Origin: Eledone cirrhosa
Taxonomy: Eukaryota
NCBI GenBank assembly: GCA_964016885.1
Contig: OZ024750.1
Span: 48,484,001-48,548,000 of the forward strand
Length of the DNA: 64,000 nt
Reading direction: 5' to 3'
Below, piece after piece: positions 58,176-64,000 of this stretch. The notes under the pieces were generated by a model. The model saw only the letters and a list, made by a program, of their open reading frames with translations, was not told where the DNA came from and searched no databases. Both the position numbers and the translations under genes were made by a program. The stretch's first letter is position 1. Every line of letters begins with the position of its first letter.

Positions 58176-59487
58176 ATAATAATTGATGAATTTATACTTG
58201 TATAATGTCTACCTGGTGAAATGTAAACAGATTCCTGTAGCGTATCGAATACCTTAACTCTCGAATACCAAGTGAACGCCTTACCCGATATATCTTTGTA
58301 TTACTATAGATATATGCATTGTGACAACTATATTTGCAAGCTCTTGGAATTATTGTAAGATTAAAATAAATGTTAATAAATTGTTGTAGTGTATTTACAA
58401 AGGCTTTATTGTGGTGATTAAAGTACACTGGGTGGATATCAGCTGTTTAAAGCACGCAACGTTAAGGTTTTCTATGATAGATTTGGCAAATTGGCTATTG
58501 TCAAATAGCAACTGTCACATGACCAAAACTCACAGTCACCGTTAATGTCGATATCAATACCATTTACCCCAATTATTTGCGGAAGAAAATGAACAAAAGC
58601 ATCTGATTTATTCGTAACCGCTACAATATACAAAATTGACTTATAGAGTGCTATTAAATTATTTCATCAATGTGGTACAATAGTTTGAAAAGATCGAGCA
58701 CTGTAAATATATATTCTCCATGAGATGGTCGGCGAGTAGATGTGATGCTTTTGTTGTTTGTTTTCCATTTCTGGTTTCCTTTGTGCTAATGTTCTAATAT
58801 CTATTGTAATGGTAACTTCTACTCATGCCTTTTAATTAAACGATGCATACATGCCTACAGACATAAGCATATGACCATAAAGACGCATACTCACAATGTC
58901 TCTAATACCTATGCCAGAGTATTGTTCGAAACCATAGTTAGCAAGCAACATTGTTCCTATTTTATTTATAATACTATAGTTTAGCTCTGTACTAAATATA
59001 GTCTAAGCTTATAGTCAAATATAGTCTAATATTTCGCCGTATTTCTTGACTAAATAAATTTTAGCATGATAGTTTGGTTTGGAACCTTCTAATAAATGGA
59101 AATTGTGTATTGATGTATATACATATAAGTGAGTGTATGTGTGTATGTGTATGTGTGCATGTGTGCGTGTGTGCGTGCGTGTATGTGTGTGTAGTTGGCC
59201 GTATATCCTATTTAATCATCGCACATTTTTATCCACGATCTTTGCTATGACATTGTAGCATGCCTTGAGAAGAAACGACACGCAGAGATAAAATGACTAC
59301 ATGCTGACGTGTGTGGGTGACTGGGTCTGGGAATGAGGCGATGCGTTGTACGGATTTTCCTGTCTGTCGAAACACAGGACAACGCTGTGAGCAAAATCGG
59401 GTGATAACTCATAATATATAATGGATTTAGATGTAACACACACACACATACACACACGCACACAAACAAACACACACACACATACAC

Positions 59488-59520
<33 letters not shown>

Positions 59521-61408
59521 ATATATATATGTGTGTGAGTATTGTAGCGTATATATAAATACAACGATGTTGTTAACTTTCAAATCTAAAGAGATTTGGT
59601 CATTTACAGCTAATTGTATCCGTGAGAAGAAATAGCAACTTGAATGTTACATTAAGAGTTGGTTACACATCTGCTATTACAATGCTGTCTGGTGTATTGG
59701 TCATCTGAAAAATGCTTACTAGTTTCATGTAATGAGGTAATGTTCAGTTCGTCGTATGTGATTGAATTTAGTTGGGAGGCTAGAAATATTTAAACAAGTA
59801 AACTAATAGGTATTCATGTGGAATACTTCCGCCGATTTTGTGAATATAATCATTACCATTCACCATTACATATTTTCAGTACTGTTAATGGATTATCCGT
59901 CAGCTTCGACGATTACTATTCAAGTGGTCTATGAAGTGAGAAATATATATTGCTTGAGTGAATTAACATGTATAATTATGATTTATCTTGACACGAGTAG
60001 CCTAAACCTTAATCCGTAGCCGTGTCAACATGACACGTTACCTGGCTTGGCATGATATGTCATTGCTGTTACGGTACATCAAACGACCTTCCAATTCTTG
60101 ACTAACCAATTTAATTCACAGACAAGTATTGTAGGAAGCAGACGCTATAATAAGGATTGGTTTCCCACAGTGCCATATATTGGGATCGAACCTTCATCAT
60201 TGTGAATAGAAGCTCTCCATACATAGATAATATTGCACAACATTCTAGAAATAACTGACATAAAGCATTCAAAGCATTACGTTTGTATTGCTGAACAAAG
60301 AACACATGATACAGGCTCATATGAAATATTTCCAAAGATTGGGATTGCTAATTCTGAAATAGTTCATCCGGTGCTAAATAAAAGCATCTGTAAATAGAAA
60401 ATACACGTTTGTTTACTAACATTTGAGAACGACAGGATGGGCAGCGTTGGATTGACTGATCTAGGGCTAAATGATAATAAAAATATTTCCAATATGAGAT
60501 GTGTCTTCATTTAATTAAAAATTATTTTTGAAAATATTACTAACATTATAAATAAAATATAGAGTAATCAGGCTGTATGCTGAAATGTTAGTCATTTAAT
60601 AAGGAATGTGTTGAATTATGAGGCGGAGAATTAGCTATGTCCTATTGGCTTCCATTTAAATGAGTTCGTAGTTGTTCCGACTGACTCAGCTTTGAGTTCA
60701 AAACGTTGGTTTACTTTGCTTTACATCATTTCCAATACTATAAATGGCCACGTCAATGCTCGAGTCGACTCTGCCTATATTCCCCAGGCACTCTCTCTTT
60801 ATATTTCTCTCCAAATGAGATGTCGCAAACTGGAAATATATGGGATCAGCAAGATATAAAACGGCGTCTTAAGCGCGTTTTATATCTTGCCCAATTAAGT
60901 ATTTAAATATTTCGAATGAAGTTCACGTCATTCCTTTATATTATAGGTTATTTCATAATACATGTTGAAGTATGTTCTAAATTGAATCCCTAACTAATTG
61001 ATGTACATTTAAATTAGTTCTATGTTGCCCTTCTATAATCTGGTCTGGGGTTAGAAAATGTGTATAATCTATGTTAGAAATAACAATTAAATATTGGCTT
61101 CTTGAATAAAATAAGACACGATAAAAACTGAAAAGCTTTTATAAGGTTTTACTTTATTTTGAAAAGACAAATTTAATTAATTCTTAGTAAAATTACTGCT
61201 GGAATGTCAAGGAAATATATTAGTTACATAAATTATTTACTAGCTCAGCCAGTGGAAATTCTACGTTTTAAGTAGAATCAACTACCTTATACTAATTATA
61301 AATATGAAATTTTAAAACATATATAGATATATATATATATATACAAATAAAAGCGTGTGTGTGTATGTGTGGGTGTGTGCGTGCGTGTGTGTGTGTGAGT
61401 GTATTATA

Positions 61409-61834
<426 letters not shown>

Positions 61835-62437
61835 TATACATATATATACATATCTAATAATAATACATTTTAAGACTAAAATCTAAAGAGGGCTCAATGA
61901 GGATAAATATATATCAAATATATTAGAACCGTAGAGCAAAGATCCCGTTAAGGGTGAAATAAGCGATTATTTGCTTAAACTAATGTGTTATCTTATTAAA
62001 TAAATATATATAAAGAAGAAATCAAAAAAATGGTTAGAAAAGTTCCATATATTTTATTATGCGCATTTCGAAAAGTATATCATCCTGGAACAAAAATTGT
62101 GTTCTAATCACATAAAATAAGGTAACATGATATGAAGCCTAATAACACTTATGAACAAGAAAGTGTCCATCCAACATATGACACAAATATAAGAGAAGCG
62201 AAAAAATAGGAAAAAAGGGAAGAAGAAGGAAAAAGGAAAAAGAAATAGAAGAGAGGAAAAAAGAAAGAAAAAAGGTGGAGAGAGAAAGAGAAAGAGAGAG
62301 AGTTAGATACTTTTGATCGGGAACGCTCTCAACAATTGAAAAGCAGCTGTGTATAACGGTTAAAACAATTAAAAAAAGATAGATAAATAAATAAATGCTA
62401 CTTACCTGATATATGCTAGTTTATTGTTCTACATATT

Positions 62438-62513
<76 letters not shown>

Positions 62514-63218
62514 CATCAACAATACACACGAAGATATATTGGATGTATTAAGGTAATGACTGGATCTACCCCCCAAAATACATATTTTAATTCCTTAATT
62601 ATAACTTGAGTATGAACAATATTCTTCGTACAACATAGGTTACGAAAGAAATCACCATCCCTACCGCAGCCAATCTTTCTCTACTCTGTTGTCCCTCTCA
62701 TGGACAGCATGGCCTTTGAATAAAGGCGTGAGATATAAACATTTGGCTTTACACTTGTCACAATCACAATTTCTGGTCTTTATGACTCTAACGCACACAT
62801 TTCACAGTAAAACAGTCTTTAGACCAAAGATGCACAATCCTTAATATTATAGATTATGTGTCTCTACCTCCGTGTCGGGCCTTTGTGTATCTAAACATGA
62901 TACATCATTTCATGTTGCCAAATTCACTCAGCTGAAAATATGAGCAGCACCAGTGAAGAGGGTCTGGAAGGCACAAGTGCCTAACGCGAGTGAAACCGAG
63001 ATGAATGATCAGAGAAAGGTCTGTGCTTCTTTCTTACTGAAATGTTTAAACTGCCTTCTATTTGCTAATATTATTGAGCCGAATTATTTATCGTCCTTTT
63101 TTATTCTTACACTTTCAATGTTGTTTGAATAAGATGTGAACGTTTTGTTCAATTCAATTTCCGATAAAAAAAACAAACTCACGTGAAAAACGATGCTACA
63201 TTGATAATGCCGTAATTC

Positions 63219-63267
<49 letters not shown>

Positions 63268-63274
<7 letters not shown>

Positions 63275-63846
63275 CAAATAACGAAACGAAATTAAATTTC
63301 GTTTCGTTTGTAACTCACTTTTGTATGACTGATACTAGTATTTCAGTATACATATGTGGATGTACATTTTTAACTTAATTGTTTAAGCGTCAGTCATACA
63401 AAAGTGAGTTACAAACGAAACGAAATTTAATTTCGTTTCGTTATTTGTTTTTATCGTCTCCGCTGAACCGGTATGTACTCACGCTCTATGCAAATTAGTC
63501 TGCCCACTACTAATTTTCATAGAAAAAGCATATAACGATATGTGCTTTTACGATTCTCTAGAAAGGCCGGAAGATAGGTAAATATTGCTGATGAGATGTA
63601 ACAACATCGAAACTAGTCCAATATTCCTTGTCTGGCTTTCTGGAGAATAGAGGAAAGGTGTTTCCTCGAAAACCAGTATGACTCTAAAAACCGGTTTGTC
63701 TGTGTGTTTACATACAGAATAGCTGGACACTCACAGTAAAGTGTCCAGTGAAAAACTCGGTACATCTACATATGTACACGTGTGTGTATTCATATGCATA
63801 CTAGTATTTCAGTATACATATGTGGACGTACATTTTTAACTTAATT
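63268..63846 (+). mobile_element. ~466-bp HHR-containing non-coding unit with direct terminal repeat and 5' inverted segment, flanked by TA repeats
   Basis: 63332-63380 repeated at 63798-63846; 63268-63332 is the reverse complement of 63390-63454. Confidence 0.8.
63581..63625 (+). ncRNA. Intact canonical type I hammerhead ribozyme
   Basis: Stem I AAUAUUG/CAAUAUU (7 bp; extendable via 63554-63570 with 63631-63647), CUGAUGA 63588-63594, stem II GAUGU/ACAUC, GAAA 63609-63612, palindromic CUAG, GUC. Confidence 0.9.
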
Positions 63847-64000
63847 ATATATATATATACATATATCTATTATTCAAAATATTAATAAATGGATACATTC
63901 ACTTAATCAAAATATATGTTTTATTATATATATTTCGGAGATATAATGTATATATATATATATATATGTATAACGAAGTGTCAAACCAGGTTCATTGATT

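Overview
AT-rich animal genomic DNA with no recognisable host protein-coding exon; most ORFs in the track are artefacts of (TA)n/(CA)n microsatellites. The repeat content suggests a mollusc, probably a cephalopod (inference). The window is made of retroelement and transposon remnants: three 5'-truncated Penelope-like elements (PLEs; RT + C-terminal GIY-YIG) and several PLE fragments, two tandem Tx1/L1-type LINE 5' halves, a GC-rich CRE-like LINE fragment, RTE remnants, an Hsmar2-like mariner deletion derivative and more than a dozen tRNA-derived SINE copies. Reading by eye also reveals about 20 type I hammerhead ribozyme (HHR) motifs from roughly ten sequence families. They sit in PLE tails and in short non-coding units that abut (TA)n and are built as partial direct repeats and/or fold-backs. 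Variants include a U3-A8 compensated core (UUGAAAA), ~100-nt stem II insertions and a palindrome with an HHR at each end. All folds were assigned manually and none has been computed or tested.
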